From Eledone cirrhosa (Eukaryota), in NCBI GenBank assembly GCA_964016885.1, contig OZ024741.1, forward strand, positions 391,220,001 to 391,284,000: a DNA stretch of 64,000 bases, in the 5' to 3' direction. Below, one piece after another: positions 41,201-56,729 of the stretch. A program made the translations under genes and the position numbers. The notes below the pieces were generated by a model. That model was given only the letters and a program-made list of their open reading frames with translations, ran no database searches and was not told where the DNA came from. Position 1 is the stretch's first letter. Each line of letters opens with the position of its first letter.

Positions 41201-42204
41201 GTCTAAAATCCATATTAACATCATACGAGACCCGAATAGTAACACTGAAGCAACATCTTCAGTATAAGAAAAAGGTTAGCAACCATCTTGTCCAGGTCTC
41301 TGAACATGAAGGAAATAATATCATTACGATAGCCACTGATCTGGAGGAGAGATATGGAATAAGGCCCGATATAGATCTCTCTCCCAGGGAAATTGGAAGA
41401 TCCTATTCAATGTTCGAACAGAATTTAAAAAATAGACCGATTTACAAAGACGAAAAGCACAGACCATAGAGGGGATAAATCTTCCAAAGAGTCTGGCATG
41501 GAGTTCCAACAAATTTATGACATCCCACCCTGAAGGATATCTCTATGCAATACAGGAATAAGAAATCCCTACCAAATATCTGCTACACAAAAAAGGAGAG
41601 CCATCAGTCGACAATAAATGGAGGCTTTGTAAAACAAAGATCGAAGATGTTAGCCACTTTGTTGCCAACTGCGAAAGAATGTTGTCTCGTTACTACCTCC
41701 CTATGAGACACGGTGTGGTAGCTAGAACCATCTGGAGCGCAGTTAGGAAAACAAAATTAAAAACAAATGATGAGGAATATGTTGAAATAGATGGCACTAA
41801 AGAATGGAGGAACCTGAAAATAAAAACTGCCACACATTGAAAACGTGCTCTGTTGTAGAGATCAGCTGCTCACTTGATGAAAAATACAAGCGGAGGACAT
41901 CTACGGACCATTGATGAGGTGTTTGCAGATCCAGTATCCAAGATACACCTTCAGCTTCATACCCATCATTATTGGAGCTACGGGTTATATACCAACCCGC
42001 TTGGACCATGGTATAACTGAACTTGGATTTGCGGACAAAGAACGCAGCTCCCTAATTCATAGACTACAAATCGCTGCGATAGCTGGCACCTTCAAAATTT
42101 GTAAAGCATTCTTGCGATTCAAGGGATGACAATTTCTTTTCTTTTACAACCTTGCCACCAGGAAGGTGGCCGGTTAAAAATGTACTCGAAATTAAGAGAA
42201 AGAA
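38251..42204 (+). mobile_element. Near full-length degraded R4-like element (family D) between (CATA)n arrays
   Basis: N-terminal Myb-like WSYGLNKDLYEAY..RL..W..HPEL (38763), NYRPITC, GIFQGDSLS, SHLFFVDDLKLY, PIIIGATG, stop 42129. Confidence 0.88.
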
Positions 42205-42360
42205 ACATACATACATACATGCACACGTGCATACATACACACATACATACATACATACATACACACATGCATACATACACACATACATACACACATGCAT
42301 GCATACATACATACATACATACATACATACATACATACATACATACATACATACATACAT

Positions 42361-43240
42361 CTCGCAAGAGAAGTGAGCATACATGCCTTGTACACCTTTA
42401 CCTTTGTCTTCTTGCATATGTCTCGCCGACCCCAGAGGCGCCTTTCTAGCTTTCCGAAAGCATCACTTGCTTTCCTAATCCTGGGTGGAGTTTCATTATC
42501 AAGATTGCTGTATCGATTGACAGTGCTTCCCAGAGAGACAAACTGATCAACCACTCCAAGTCGTTTACTATACATATAGATAGTTAGTTCCCTGTACTGC
42601 TTACCAGGGGCAGGTTGGTACATGACGACGGTTTTCTTGAGACTGACAGTCAATCTTAGGGTAGTGCAAGCATCAGAAAATGCATTCAAAATGTGCTGCA
42701 TATCAATCTCTGTGTGCGCTACAAGATCGTAATCATCTGCATACAAGAGGTTTCTTATGATAGAGGTAAATACTTTTGTTTTAGCAGCAAAGCGCCTGAT
42801 TTTAAATGTGCTGCCAGTGGTTCGATAGTAGATGTAAACTCCATGCTTGCAATTCCTGAATGCAATATAGAAAAGATTCGCAGCGTATATGGCAAATAGG
42901 GTCTGTGTTGGAAATCCCCCCGTTTCACTCCATTTTTCACTGAGATAGGGTCCGACATGTTACCTCTGACATTAACCCAAGCTTTCATGTCATCATGGAA
43001 AGACCTAACTAAAGCAAGAAACTTATCAGGACAACCAAGTTTCTGGAGAACCTTCCACAATGCATTTCTGTTAACAGTATCGAAAGCTTTTGTCAGATCG
43101 ACAAAAACCTGATACAGATCCAAACCCTGTTCCACTCACTCTCCTGAAGCTGTCTAGCTGATAATATCATAACAGTAGTGTCGCGTCCAGCACGAAAACC
43201 AGATTGACTTTAAGGAAGCTTACAATCTGCAATGTGTGTC
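42361..43240 (-). mobile_element. RTE-clade RT internal fragment
   Basis: FVDLTKAFDTVNR..LW..LGCP, NGVK, YADD, LGS..RIRKASDAFGKL..LW; (CATA)n on both sides. Confidence 0.88.
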
Positions 43241-43345
43241 ATACATACATACATACATACATACATACATACATACATACATACATACATACATACATAC
43301 ATACATACATACATACATACATACATACATGCATACATACATACA

Positions 43346-43752
43346 TATTTATGCCTGTGATTATTGGGGCACTGGGGTATGTTAGTAACTGCCTCAATAC
43401 AAATCTTGAGAAGCTGGGCTTCACAGGAACAGAAAGAACACAGTTAGTTAGAAAATTACAAGTACAATCCATTAATGGAACAGTAAAAATATGTAACACA
43501 TTCCAAAAATGTTGCATCTAATAACTGCATATACACATGTACAGATACTAAGCATATACACATGCACACATACAACTCAAAACATACACATCCATACATA
43601 CAATAACATCCATATCTACACATGCATGCATGCATACATGCATACATATCTACCTAATTGATGTTGTGTAAATTCCAATGAGAGTCTTGTGTCTATGTTA
43701 GAAACCGACTCTCTCTATTGGCAAAAATTTGTGAAATTATAAAACCAGAAGA
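43346..43752 (+). mobile_element. Short 3' end of family C R4-like element inside (CATA)n
   Basis: Closely matches 37795-38192; CATA arrays at 43240-43345 and 43753-43820. Confidence 0.9.
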
Positions 43753-43791
43753 ACATACATACATACATACATACATACATACATACATACA

Positions 43792-43822
<31 letters not shown>

Positions 43823-44635
43823 GTGTGTATGTGTGTGTGAATGTGTTTTATATATTTTAAGAATTAAAATGCCATCTGTCTGCTAGAACAGGCTAGACTC
43901 CTGGTTTCCTCTAATCACTTTCGACAAGTGCAACAGGGTCACTAACAGATGCTAGAGGTTGAAAAATAAAACATATTTTGATAGAGGAACATGATTCTCG
44001 TTTGTTTTAATATCAGAAGCCTCCCAGTCCAAAGAGATTAAAATAATAACATCTGGTTGTTATTTCTTGTTACATTTACCAATGATATTTAGCATTTCTC
44101 GGGGAGGCGAATTGCAGAAATGCTTAGATGCTTTATAAGCAGGACCGGATTAAAACAACTAGAGAATATATTTAGGACCCCTAGAACGTGCCTGCAAGAA
44201 AGAAACAATGAAAGTTGATAATACATGAATGTAGGCCTACATATAGAACAATACTGAGATTCCGGCATCGACTCACTCTAATCTCTGAAACAGAAGTGAC
44301 AACCAAAGAAAAAGAAATGTATTTAATAACAAAAAGAAATATATTAAATTTTGACATAAGAGTCGTGATTCATGGCTATATTTTTTAATACATATTTTGA
44401 TAAATATCTAAAAGAGGATGGGCTTTCTGAATTATGCGGTTCTGGGTTACAGCCCACTTGGCCCATATGTAAATCCAGCAATGCTTGTGGCATTTAGCTA
44501 GGTGTTTTCGTTTTCAGTTAAAATCTCGATCGAATTGGCTTCTCCTTTATTCCTTCCGAGTATAATAATGGGAATCTTATGACTGGAATTCCTTTGATTA
44601 GGGTCGACTTGGATTTAAACAAACACCAACATTTG

Positions 44636-44943
44636 TGTCAGTAGTTAGGGAGGAGGTCACTCGCAATCGTAAGGTCATGAGTTTGATTCCCAGCGGCGCG
44701 TTGTGTCCTTGAGCAAAACACTTTATTTCACGTCAATCCAGTTCCCTTACTTGGCAAAAAATGAGTTGTACCTTTAATTTAAAGGACCAACCTTGTTACA
44801 CTCTGTGACACGCTAAATCTCCTCGAGAAATACGTTAAGGGTACACGTGGAAAGTTCAACTAATTGCACGTTAATTTCTCGAGAACGCTGTTCTATTGAT
44901 GTAACTACTGGACGCCTCGTCTTCGAAACTAACGGAGGTCCAA
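44636..44943 (+). mobile_element. CORE-type SINE (family 2)
   Basis: gagtttgattcc B box-like motif and ttgtgtccttgagcaaaacacttt CORE-like motif. Confidence 0.7.
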
Positions 44944-45817
44944 CAAGGAAGGAAATCATTATTTATATATATTGTGTGTGTAGAGGGAATATCAGATAAT
45001 AGAAGAGCGGATTAAATAGCTAATGCTGTTTTTTATACCCTCCTGTCACTGAGTTAATGGGCTTAATAGATGGTAACTGGCCGAAACGGTATCATGTCAT
45101 GCAATATTTATTTTTGTTTCTAAACCCAGCAAAGTCGATATTGCAATCCATTTTTCTGGGGTTGATACAATAAAGTAAAGTCGATGACTGGTCAATCTTA
45201 TTTGAATATACCTTAACGCGAAAACTTAAGGACTTTGTTCTGCTTTTATTAAAAATCAAAAGTATGCAATAAGCTCTCTTCTCTGTTAGCATTTTTCCCT
45301 ATAAATAGTTTTCCGGTTGCAGTTAGATTTTTGTTAAATCTATAAATATAGAACAATGTCTGTCCTGTCCGTCCTGTAGGTTTCCTCAAACATTTTAAAT
45401 CGTGACACACTTTTTTAAAAAGGAAATTTGTCATGACCTGATGCCCCTCACGGTTTGGTAAAAGAAATTAGTTGTGTCATTATTTTAATATGACGGAATT
45501 TCTTAATTTTATTTATGACTCAACTGAATTTTTAAACGAATTCCACTTTGGGAAAGCCTGCTATGAAGTGTAAATATCGGTAAATTAAATCGAATATATA
45601 AACCGAAAATCAAATATGTCGTTATCATTTATACGTGAAAAAATGCAAGTTTTCTCTTTTCTTACATTTGTATACAACATAGACTAGCAGAAGCACCACC
45701 CAGACGGTGGTGTTTCTGATAATCAAAAAAAGTGCCTGGCCGGTCTCTGGGAGATACAAGGGTCGTAGGGGCCGATGGTAACTTCTTTTTCCGTCATTAA
45801 TAGTCTTTATATTAAAA

Positions 45818-47657
<1,840 letters not shown>

Positions 47658-48503
47658 TGAAACAGTTTTCTTTTGCTTTTGTTTTACAAGAGTATAATAT
47701 TTTTCAGATTCATACAAGGACAAGACCAACAGAATATTGACACTTTTAATTCAAGAAACCATTTCAAGTCATTTCACGTGGAGGCGAATTAGCAAAGATG
47801 TTAGAACGTTTAATTAAATGCCTCAGTATTTTCCAGGCTCACTGCGCTCTGAAATTCAAATCCTGCCTCGGGTAACTCTGACTGTCATCCTTTTGAAGGC
47901 CGATAAATAATGTAGTTGTTATATAGCGGGATGTGTGTGTGTGTGTGGGGGGGGGGACATTGGATTGGAATAATTGTTAAAGAGGCGGACGAAATGCTTT
48001 GCTGTATCTTATCCGGTTTGTGCATTTTGAATTGAAATCCTGATTTCCTTTTACCAGGACAGATAGTATCAGCAATGGAAAGAAAGACTAATAAAAACAT
48101 AATTTCCCCTTTTTTTTTCATGTGTATTAGAAAAGGTTAAGAAAGCTTCTTAAATTGGTCCCATTGTATTGAGATTTACTGCCTCCATTATTGTGCCTGC
48201 TATACGGGCATTGGGATTAATCTACGCAAATTAAATCTAACATGAAAACATTTCTCATTGAAAGGCATTTTAATCAAACATATTTTTATAACGTTGGTCA
48301 ATCGGGAAAGGGTTATTAATTGGGCTTAAGAAAAATCTAACTCCATCAGATTTAATGTTTAATGAGAAAAAGAGGTAAAACCAAAGGATTTTAGATATCT
48401 TCCTCTGTTACTTGCTGGTAGAAGGTTAAGAATGTAATGGAATTTCTCTTTGTTTGCTTTCTGCTCTCTACCTGCTACCTACCTTCCTACCTATCTACTT
48501 ATT

Positions 48504-49290
48504 TACGAGGATGGGCTGAAAAGTTCTAAAGCTGACTATGAAGGAGTAATGCTAGAGCTGTGAAATCTCACATGTATTAATTCTAACTATTCTTATTAAT
48601 AGCTGCATTGTTTCTTGTCAAGTAAACTGACACCTGACTGTTCAAACAAATCTTCAGAAGTAACTATTAGCAAAAGTGGGCTGCTGAATTTAGGAGAGGA
48701 AGGGCGAGTCATGAAGATGATCCAAGGCCTGGGTGTCCTGCGACTGCCATCGCCGAGGAAAATATTGATCATGTTTACCTTATGGTGATAGATGACAAAC
48801 GATTGACTAAAAATCAAATAATCAATGCTATTAGCATATCCCATGAGAAAGTCGAAAATATTCTGCACAATGAACTTGGTATGCCGAAGGTTTCTGCTCG
48901 TCTTTTGACACCTGATCAAAAGCATACCAGGCTGATCACGTCACGGGAAAATCTGACATTCTTTGAGGCAGATCCAGCTAGTTTCTTTAAATGTTTCCTA
49001 ATCGAAGATTAGTGTTGGGTTCAGCTCTTAGAGCCAGAGACAAAAAGACAACCTATACAGTGGAAAAAAAAAACCTCTTCATCTGCTCCAAAGAAGCTCA
49101 ACGTCATTTCATCTGCAGGGTAAGTAATGGCTTTTATTTTGGGGATGTAAAAGGCATTGTGTTTATTATTCAAAAGGGCCACACCATCAATGGCGACTAC
49201 TGTGCCAACTTGCTGGGGCAGTTACGAAAGACTACCAAAAGCAAGCGTCCAGATAAACGGACAATGTTCCAGTACACATGCCCTTGGTTT
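48504..49290 (+). mobile_element. Mariner-family transposon relic
   Basis: TA + cgagg..gaaaagttc terminal motif; EDDPRPGCP..EENIDHV..ISISHEKVENILHNELGMPKVSAR.LLTPDQK and KGHTINGDY..LLGQLR fragments. Confidence 0.82.
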
Positions 49291-50652
49291 CATTAGCTGC
49301 TGTGCGTGTCTGGTTTTGAACTGATGATGACAATGATGATAATAACGACGACGACAATGATGCTGACTATTATGATGATGATGATGATGGCGATGGTGAT
49401 AATTTCTGTTAAAACCAAATGCTATATACATTAATGTTATTATTTCCACCTCAAAGTTTTACCCATTGGTTTCTAGTTATTTCTCTTATTTCAATCACAG
49501 ATAAACAACTGAAGCTGTTTTAATTTTAGCACCATTTATCACTTATCTTTTTCTCACCTCTCCTTCTTTCTCCCCCTCTCTCTTTCTCCCCCGCTCTCTT
49601 TCTCCCCCGCTCTCTTTCTCTCTTTCTCTCCCCCACTTCACTCTCTCTTATCAACTTGTCATTTGATACGCTAGCATTTAATAATATTACATTACCGGCT
49701 TACTTCAATATACTTTATTCCATTTGTTGGTGGTGAGGTTCATGATTGGCGCAGTGCTAGCTATTAGTTAAGGTTGTTGTTCTTGCATTTGGTGTTTTGT
49801 TTTATATCTTATAGTTTTTTTTTCTTTTCTTGTTGTTGTTTTCTCATATATATTTTTATTGTATTTATTTTTTATTGATGCATTTCTGATAAATAATGGT
49901 TTCTGATTTCGGCACAAGGCCAACAATTTTGGGGGAAAGGAAAGTCGATTAAATCGTTCTCAGTGCATTACTGGTATTCTATTTTATCGACCCCGTAAGG
50001 ATGAGAGGCAAAGCTAACCTCCAATACCAACAGATAAAAACAGATTGCTTAAATTATTCAGTATCACCTTGCAATTACTTTTGACTAATATGGTGATAAA
50101 TCAGACAGTGCCCCTAGCAATAGAGACTTCTGGTGTCCTTGGCCCTAGGACTACCTCCCTACTTACCAGATGGAATGGCTCTTCCAGCGCATCTCCCCTT
50201 ACAATCCTCCGAGGAAACGTCTTCTCCATTCTGTCCGCCGGGGCCGTGGGGTGGCCAGCACGTGGGACCCCATTTGCTGATAATACAGAGAGATGGGGAG
50301 GGCGAGAGAAATGGAGGTGATGACAGTGGGAGTTCGGCTCTTCCATTTTCGGACTTGGTGTGAAGCGTCAGTTGTCCGTGGGGAGGTAGTGGTTTGTATT
50401 TAGCGAAGGTTTTAGAACCTTGTGTTTTCGATTCCTGTATGTATTATTAAGAAGTATGAACTAATTATAAAATGATGAAGCCAGAAAAACATACATACAT
50501 GTATACTGAATTAGATAGGTGTATATTTTTTAATGTTTAGTCAAGGCGGAAGTGCAGTGCCCATGACTCTTTTCATGACTTGGCGAGGGAGAGAAAGGAA
50601 TCATCAAATTAGAAACCTAAAGGCATCTAAGACACTACATATACTCCCATAA

Positions 50653-50837
50653 ATGTTTCTACTTTTGGCACAAGGCCAGCGATTACCCAGTACATTACTG
50701 GTACTTTATTTTATCGACCCCGTAAGGATGAAAGGCAAAGTTAACCTCGGCGGGATTTGAACTCAGACCGTAAAGGGACGTAACTATGCTGGAAAGCATG
50801 GCGTCCGACCCTCTACCGATACTGCCAATCCACCGCC
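50653..50837 (-). mobile_element. Full-length SINE family 1
   Basis: Matches 33163-33349; other copies at 49898-50022 (-) and 55390-55566 (-). Confidence 0.88.
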
Positions 50838-51496
50838 CATAATATCAGTGTTTATGTTTTTTTTTTTTTAAGTGTTCAGAAATTAACATAAAGCATTAAT
50901 ATATGTTGCATTAGTAGCAGCACCCAGTGATGTCCGGGTATTTCATGACGAATAAAATAGAATCTCCCTGCATTTTTCTCTTTAAATTGGATGCACTTTG
51001 AGTTACTAGAGAAATTTGTTGAAGACAAGTTTTGCAATGAATTGGTTTTGTAAATAAATGTATCAGTAGATGCATGTTAAATAATAGAATAACACGTCTA
51101 GTTCAAACTTGAAATATACTGCTTCTTCCTCCCCACCTTCTCTCTCTCTCTATTTCACACTATCCCACTTTCTCGGAGTTTTTCTCTCTCGTGGTTTATT
51201 ACACATTGTCTGTCTCTATTCTTTCTCTCTCACACACCCCTCTCTCTATTTTCAGCCTTTTCTCTCTCTATCACTATCACCTCTCCCATCTGTCTCCTCT
51301 CTTTCTACTACCTTCTTTATTTTCTCATTCTTTCTCTCGATTCAGTAAATAGAGATCGATAGAGCAAGTAATAGATTGAAATGATTGTCCCCAGTATAAC
51401 AGCAGATTATTCGAATGACTTAAACAAGCAAACGATCTGATTAATTGTTATTGTTCTAAAACTAAATTCGGCAACTGAAAGCGGCTTTTAAATAAA

Positions 51497-51576
51497 TATG
51501 TATATGTATATGTATCTATAAGTGTGTTCATATATATGTATATGTATATGTATATGTATCTATAAGTGTGTTCATA

Positions 51577-51609
<33 letters not shown>

Positions 51610-51626
51610 CTATAAGTGTGTTCATA

Positions 51627-51665
<39 letters not shown>

Positions 51666-51773
51666 CTATAAGTGTGTTCATATATATGTATATGTATATG
51701 TATATGTATCTATAAGTGTGTTCATATATATGTATATGTATATGTATCTATAAGTGTGCGTTCATATATATGT
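51497..51773. repeat. Compound tandem repeat, 6 units
   Basis: tctataagtgtgttcatata separated by variable (tatatg)n. Confidence 0.9.
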
Positions 51774-52140
51774 AAATCGGTGATGGCAAAATCGTTCATA
51801 TATAGTAAATCGGTGATGGCAAATTGGTGGGGGAAGGGGTAGCTAAACCTGCCGGTAGGAGAAAAAGGGAGAGGGGGTGGAGTAGACCCATTCATGCGTT
51901 AGTAGTGCCGGCTACAGCTGGGCGTGAGGTCAAATGGATACTGGGGAGGGGGAGAGGGAGGAATTCGAAACGTCTATTTAAATACCAGAATAAATTTTCA
52001 TTCAGTCCAGAATTAGCCGTCGAAATGGCTTGAGCTCAGCCGTCGGGGTCTTACTTGTTCCTATTACCCACTCCACTACCCTAAGTATTGAGTACTTTGG
52101 TGCGTTATGGTCCACCTGGTTCCTTACCACATTTCCTTCG

Positions 52141-52192
<52 letters not shown>

Positions 52193-52413
52193 GTGTGTGT
52201 GTTCATATATTTGTATATGTATAAATATATATATATCTGTGTATATATATATATGTGTGTGTGTGCATGTATATTTTTAATTAAAACAACACCAGGCCCT
52301 ACTGGATTTGTATATATATATCACTCGTTTCTATTGAGCGCTTGCCACACATTTCGGAAGTTGTTTTTCGCTAATTTCCAATAGCCGAAATGCGATTCGC
52401 GCTAATTTATATT

Positions 52414-52465
<52 letters not shown>

Positions 52466-52495
52466 TAATGGAAACTATATTTATAAAACCATATT

Positions 52496-52561
52496 TATTT
52501 TATTATACATATTTCAAGGGCAACCAAGGCAAATTATGGTGCGCTTTCATCAGATAAAATA
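52496..52561 (-). ncRNA. Type I hammerhead ribozyme (homologue of 17115-17175)
   Basis: Minus strand tattttat CTGATGA aagcgcacc..ggttgccctt GAAAT atgt ATA ataaaata. Confidence 0.75.
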
Positions 52562-52629
52562 CAGATTTGTTTTATAAATAAATATTGACATACCCGGAAA
52601 AAAGACAACCTTAACGGTTGGAGCTTCCT

Positions 52630-52679
<50 letters not shown>

Positions 52680-52694
<15 letters not shown>

Positions 52695-53535
52695 TGTGGT
52701 TGTCTGTCTGTCTATCGATTTTTGGCACACATCTCCTCTTAGAATCTCTGACGGAATTGCACCGAAATTGCTATACTTGTACACTGAGCCCTAGCGAAGA
52801 CATCGGAAAAAAATATTTCAAATTGACCCACCCTATGTGACGAAATCGAATATAATGTATCGATTTTTGAGCGTAAGTTATCAGTTATTTCCCTTTGTTC
52901 TGTTTACATTGAGCGTCTTACGTAAAAAATTACGCTGGCTTTCTCAGCGTTTAAAATGACATTAACACAATACACGAACAGTTGTCGAGCCAGCAAAATA
53001 TTGACCTGCAAAATTCATCAGTTCGAACACTAAGCTTCCGTTTTGCTTCATGTCCATTTAAAAGCATTTTAAAACAATATTTTTACTTGAAAACAAGTCT
53101 ATTTAAAGACTACGTAAAACAAGGAAATATTTCGTCGTTAGGCGTGCAGACAGACAGTCGTGCAGAGAGGTGATATACGCGTGCAGACAGACAGTCGTGC
53201 AGAGAGGTGATATAGGCGTGCAGACAGACATAACTGATAATTTGGTTACGCTAATGTTTTTCTCTGCGTTGCAGTGTTTACATTTTCGATCTTTGTTAAT
53301 AAATAACCAGTGCAGTTTCTATCCCCAGCATCCTCTTTTGTTATAACATTCGGGTTATCGTTATGTTTTCTTAACTTCATAAGGCATATTGTTGGTTGAG
53401 GGAATATTAATCAAAAACACCACATGCAAGTCTGCACAGTAGACACTACAGTTTTTAAGCCAAGAAAGAAACTTAACATTGTAACTTTAACACAGCTACT
53501 GAGCGACCCCGAGCAACGCCGGGCTTTACTGCTAG
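52680..53535 (+). mobile_element. Non-autonomous Helitron
   Basis: tatataaaactgtggttgtctgtctgtc head merged into (TA)n; 3' cccgagcaacgccggg hairpin then CTAG|T; internal 38-bp tandem duplication at 53142-53230. Confidence 0.8.
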
Positions 53536-53550
53536 TATATATATATATAT

Positions 53551-53774
53551 GTAAATATTTATAAGTCGTTTGGAAACCTCGACAATGCAAATGGGTAAAA
53601 CTCCGGGTAACAAGGTCCGGTGGTGGAGAGAGAGATATGTAAGTGGGTGTACGTTGAGATGCGTGGTGTGTATAAGACACACTTACATATCTCTCTCTCC
53701 ACCACCGGACCTTGTTACCCGGAGCTTTGCCCATTTGCATTGTCGAGGCTTCCAAACGACTTATAAATATTTAC
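53551..53774. repeat. Inverted repeat, arms 53551-53645 and 53680-53774
   Basis: 95-bp arms with few mismatches, between TA runs. Confidence 0.92.
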
Positions 53775-53819
53775 TTATTGTTCCACAATGCTTCAAGCAA
53801 ACTTCAATACTCTCTTATA

Positions 53820-53937
<118 letters not shown>

Positions 53938-54073
53938 AACCAGTAAGACCCCGACAGCTGAGCTCAAGCCGTTTCGACGGCTAATTCTGGTTCCTATTAC
54001 CCACTCTACTACCTCAAGTATTGAGTACTTTGGTGCGTTATGGTCCACCTGGTTCCTTACCACATTTCCTTCG

Positions 54074-54110
<37 letters not shown>

Positions 54111-54810
54111 CATATATATATTGTTGACCACCCCTCCTCTTCGACACCCTGCACCTACCATGCCCAGCCTGAAATCCTTTCCCCCCTCCCACCCCAAACA
54201 CTTCCTCACCCTCCTCCTCCCACCCTGCTATCTCCAATCGGCCCCTCAACTCTCCTATTTCCTCTTCACTAAGACCCGGCATTCCAGCCACATCCAATTT
54301 CTTCAGTCGCTGCCGCCACCTCCACAGCTTCCGACTCCACTTCCAAACCTCCCTCCTCCCTTCACCCTCCACCCAACGCATTCTCACCCGCTCCTCGCGT
54401 CTCCTCATGCGAGCTTCCCTCTTCTCCTCCCTCTCCACGTGTCACCCCTCCTCGCCCACTTCATCATCATCTTCATCCATAACCTCAACCACGACCTCTT
54501 CTCCTTCCTCACCTCCACCAAAGCCCACAAGCTCACACTCATATCCACGCATACACACACCCACACGTACACCTACACACACACACCCAACCTTCCGCCC
54601 TCCCAACAAGGACCCCCAATTTCCTTCTCCCCCTCCCTCACCCTCTATCCACCCACCATCAACTCTACACGCCTCACCCTTTGACCACTTGTTTTCAACC
54701 TATTGTCCCACTCATGTGTTACTTTTATTTTTATTTTTTTACCTTCATTTTAATATTTTTCCACCACTCCCCCCCTCACACCCCTTCGGAATTCCTCTCC
54801 TTCCCACCTT

Positions 54811-54843
54811 TCTCTTGATGAAGGGTTTATGCCCGAAACGTCA
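54811..54843 (+). ncRNA. Degenerate minimal hammerhead at the end of a C-rich Penelope-like remnant (about 54120-55010)
   Basis: TTGATGA agggt ttat gccc GAAAC GTC; helix I lost; AATAAA and (TA)n downstream. Confidence 0.5.
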
Positions 54844-55813
54844 TCCCCCACCCCCACTCTCAAGCGTGAACCTAATACCTAACACCTTTCGTAACCTAAT
54901 ACCTAACACCTTTCGTAACTCCTTGTTGTTGTTCTTTACTTTTCCAGAGCGTGAAATTAATAAACATTCGTTGTACTGCCTCTCTGTTTTGTCCCTGTTC
55001 AAATTTTTCCATTATATATATATATATATATAGGAAAAAGTATGACCCCGACGGCAGAGCGCAAGCCGTTTCGATGGCTATTTCTGGACTAAATTAGAAT
55101 TTTTAGCCTGGTCTCTCTCTCTATCTATGACCAGGCTAAAAATTCTAATTTAGTCCAGAAATAGCCGTCGAAACGGCTTGAGCTCTGCCGTCGGGGTCAT
55201 ACTTTGTCCTATTTCCCACTCTACTACCCTAAGTATTGAGTACTCTGGTGCGTTATGGTCCATCTGGTTCCTTACTACAATTCCTTTGTTATATATATAT
55301 ATATATATAGGAAAAGTAAAGAACAACGAATTAACTAAATAAATAATCAATTAAACGGGGCTAAGTTTAAAATGTAAGTTTGGTGATAATTGTTTCTACT
55401 TTTGGCACAAGGCCAGCAAATACCCAATGTATTACTGGTACTTTATTTTATCGACCCCGTAAGGATGAAAGGCAAAGTTAACCTCGGCGGGATTTGAACT
55501 CAGAATGGCAAGGACCGTAACTCTATGCGTCAAAGCATGGCGTCCGACCCTCTACCGATACTGCCATTTAAAAGATAGACATCAGTACACATATATATAT
55601 ATATGTAAAATTATAAGTTTGAAGAACAGACAGATAAACTTTACCTAATTTTTCTTCTTAGTCCGGAGAAATTAACTAAATAAATAATCAATTATAAATA
55701 ATCATTTTAAACTTAGCCCCGTTTAATTGATTATTTATTAGGTTAATTTCTCAGGACTAAGAAGAAAAATTAGGTATAGTTTATCTGTCTGTTCTTCAAA
55801 CTTATAATTTTAC

Positions 55814-55906
<93 letters not shown>

Positions 55907-56033
55907 TCCTCCGGTTGCAACGCTTTTTGAAATATCCACGTCTGCGTTTACAGATTGACTTTGTTAGTTTCAGAAGATCCCGTTAAGGGTGAAAGCAGCG
56001 ATTCTTTGCTTAAATTTTAATCTGTTATTTTAA

Positions 56034-56105
<72 letters not shown>

Positions 56106-56330
56106 GATGTCTATCTTTTCCGAAGGAACATTAGATAATGTTTCTTTAAATCGTTTCACTCTACTTTCAAGTAAACATGGGAAACAACACATCCTGTTTT
56201 GAAATAATTCTTTGATAACGGCTCGTTGTTTATTGAAATAACGTTCCCCCCTCTCTATCTCTCTCTCTCTATCTCTCTCTCTCTATCTATCTATCTCTCG
56301 CTCTCGCCCTCTCTCGTTATATATATATAT

Positions 56331-56365
<35 letters not shown>

Positions 56366-56536
56366 TTTACGTTCGTTTTCCCTGCTTGCATTTATTATAA
56401 GTTGGCTCAACTTATAATAAAAATCCTATTTCTTTTTTATTATAAGTTGAGCCAAATTATGCAGTTACATATGCAAATGAGATTAATCACCTCATTTACA
56501 CAGAAGAGAAAAGTATATATTCTCAGCTGTCTTCTA

Positions 56537-56630
56537 GTCCAGCAGTCGCAAGCGGTGGGAGGGACCGGCCTGACGAAGGCCAGTTAAGCCTGAAATGCAT
56601 AGACGGTTGTCCCCCTTGCTTCTGCTGGAC
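56537..56630 (+). ncRNA. Type I hammerhead with long helix I
   Basis: accggc CTGACGA aggc cagttaa gcct GAAAT gc ATA gacggt; outer gtccagcag..gcaag pairs with cttgc..ctgctggac. Confidence 0.75.
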
Positions 56631-56729
56631 ATCACCAGAGGGCGTTAGCCCCCGGTGTTTACATAGCTACGGCTTCCTAAAACTGTTTTTCTTTGGAGAT
56701 ACAAAATATTTATACATATATATGTGTAG

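Noticed and set aside
51497-51773. Repeat-spacer pattern resembling CRISPR
   Set aside because: The spacers are only variable counts of (tatatg)
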